From Alkalilimnicola ehrlichii MLHE-1 (GTDB lineage Bacteria; Pseudomonadota; Gammaproteobacteria; Nitrococcales; Halorhodospiraceae), in contig NC_008340.1 in assembly GCF_000014785.1 (NCBI RefSeq), forward strand, positions 3,240,001 through 3,272,000: 32,000 nucleotides of DNA. The letters are read 5' to 3'. Positions within the stretch are counted from its first letter, which is position 1; each line of letters opens with the position of its first letter. Made by a program: the position numbers and the translations under genes. The notes beneath the pieces are model-generated. The model was given only the letters and a program-made list of their open reading frames with translations, was not told the origin of the DNA and searched no databases. Below are positions 31,911 through 32,000 of the stretch, in pieces.

Positions 31911-32000
31911 GGGAAATCAGGGCGTGGTTGCGGACAGGCTGCAATTATCACGCCGGCGGCTGCTCCGGTTCAACCGCTGTGAACCGGAGGCGTTCTTGTG

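Overview
This 32 kb window looks like a core, origin-proximal segment of a high-GC gammaproteobacterial chromosome. The taxonomic guess (Ectothiorhodospiraceae-like) is inference only. In coordinate order it carries: system II cytochrome c maturation (ccsB/resC, cut by the window start, and resB); a diheme cytochrome c4; a MauG/CcpA-type diheme peroxidase; msrP-msrQ; the engB/ysxC GTPase; a predicted outer-membrane beta-barrel protein; dsbB; polA; a LOG-family (TIGR00730-like) protein; a DUF2782-like small protein; uvrD; oxyR; glmS; a tandem universal stress protein; glmU; the complete atpIBEFHAGDC operon; parB-parA; rsmG; and mnmG. Nearly all coding space is explained by known families. I found no CRISPR array, tRNA, rRNA, transposase, toxin-antitoxin pair or defence island. 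The strongest unexplained signal is a pair of related composite palindromes. One lies just upstream of polA (perfect 40-bp arms). The other lies just upstream of uvrD (perfect 45-bp arms enclosing a structured 127-nt core). They share a GCGCACCCCTTCGGGGTGCC hairpin, yet their arms differ between copies while staying perfectly matched within each copy. Several smaller hairpins, terminators and operator-like inverted repeats are also listed. The large plus-strand ORFs opposite most genes are judged to be spurious antisense ORFs of GC-rich DNA.
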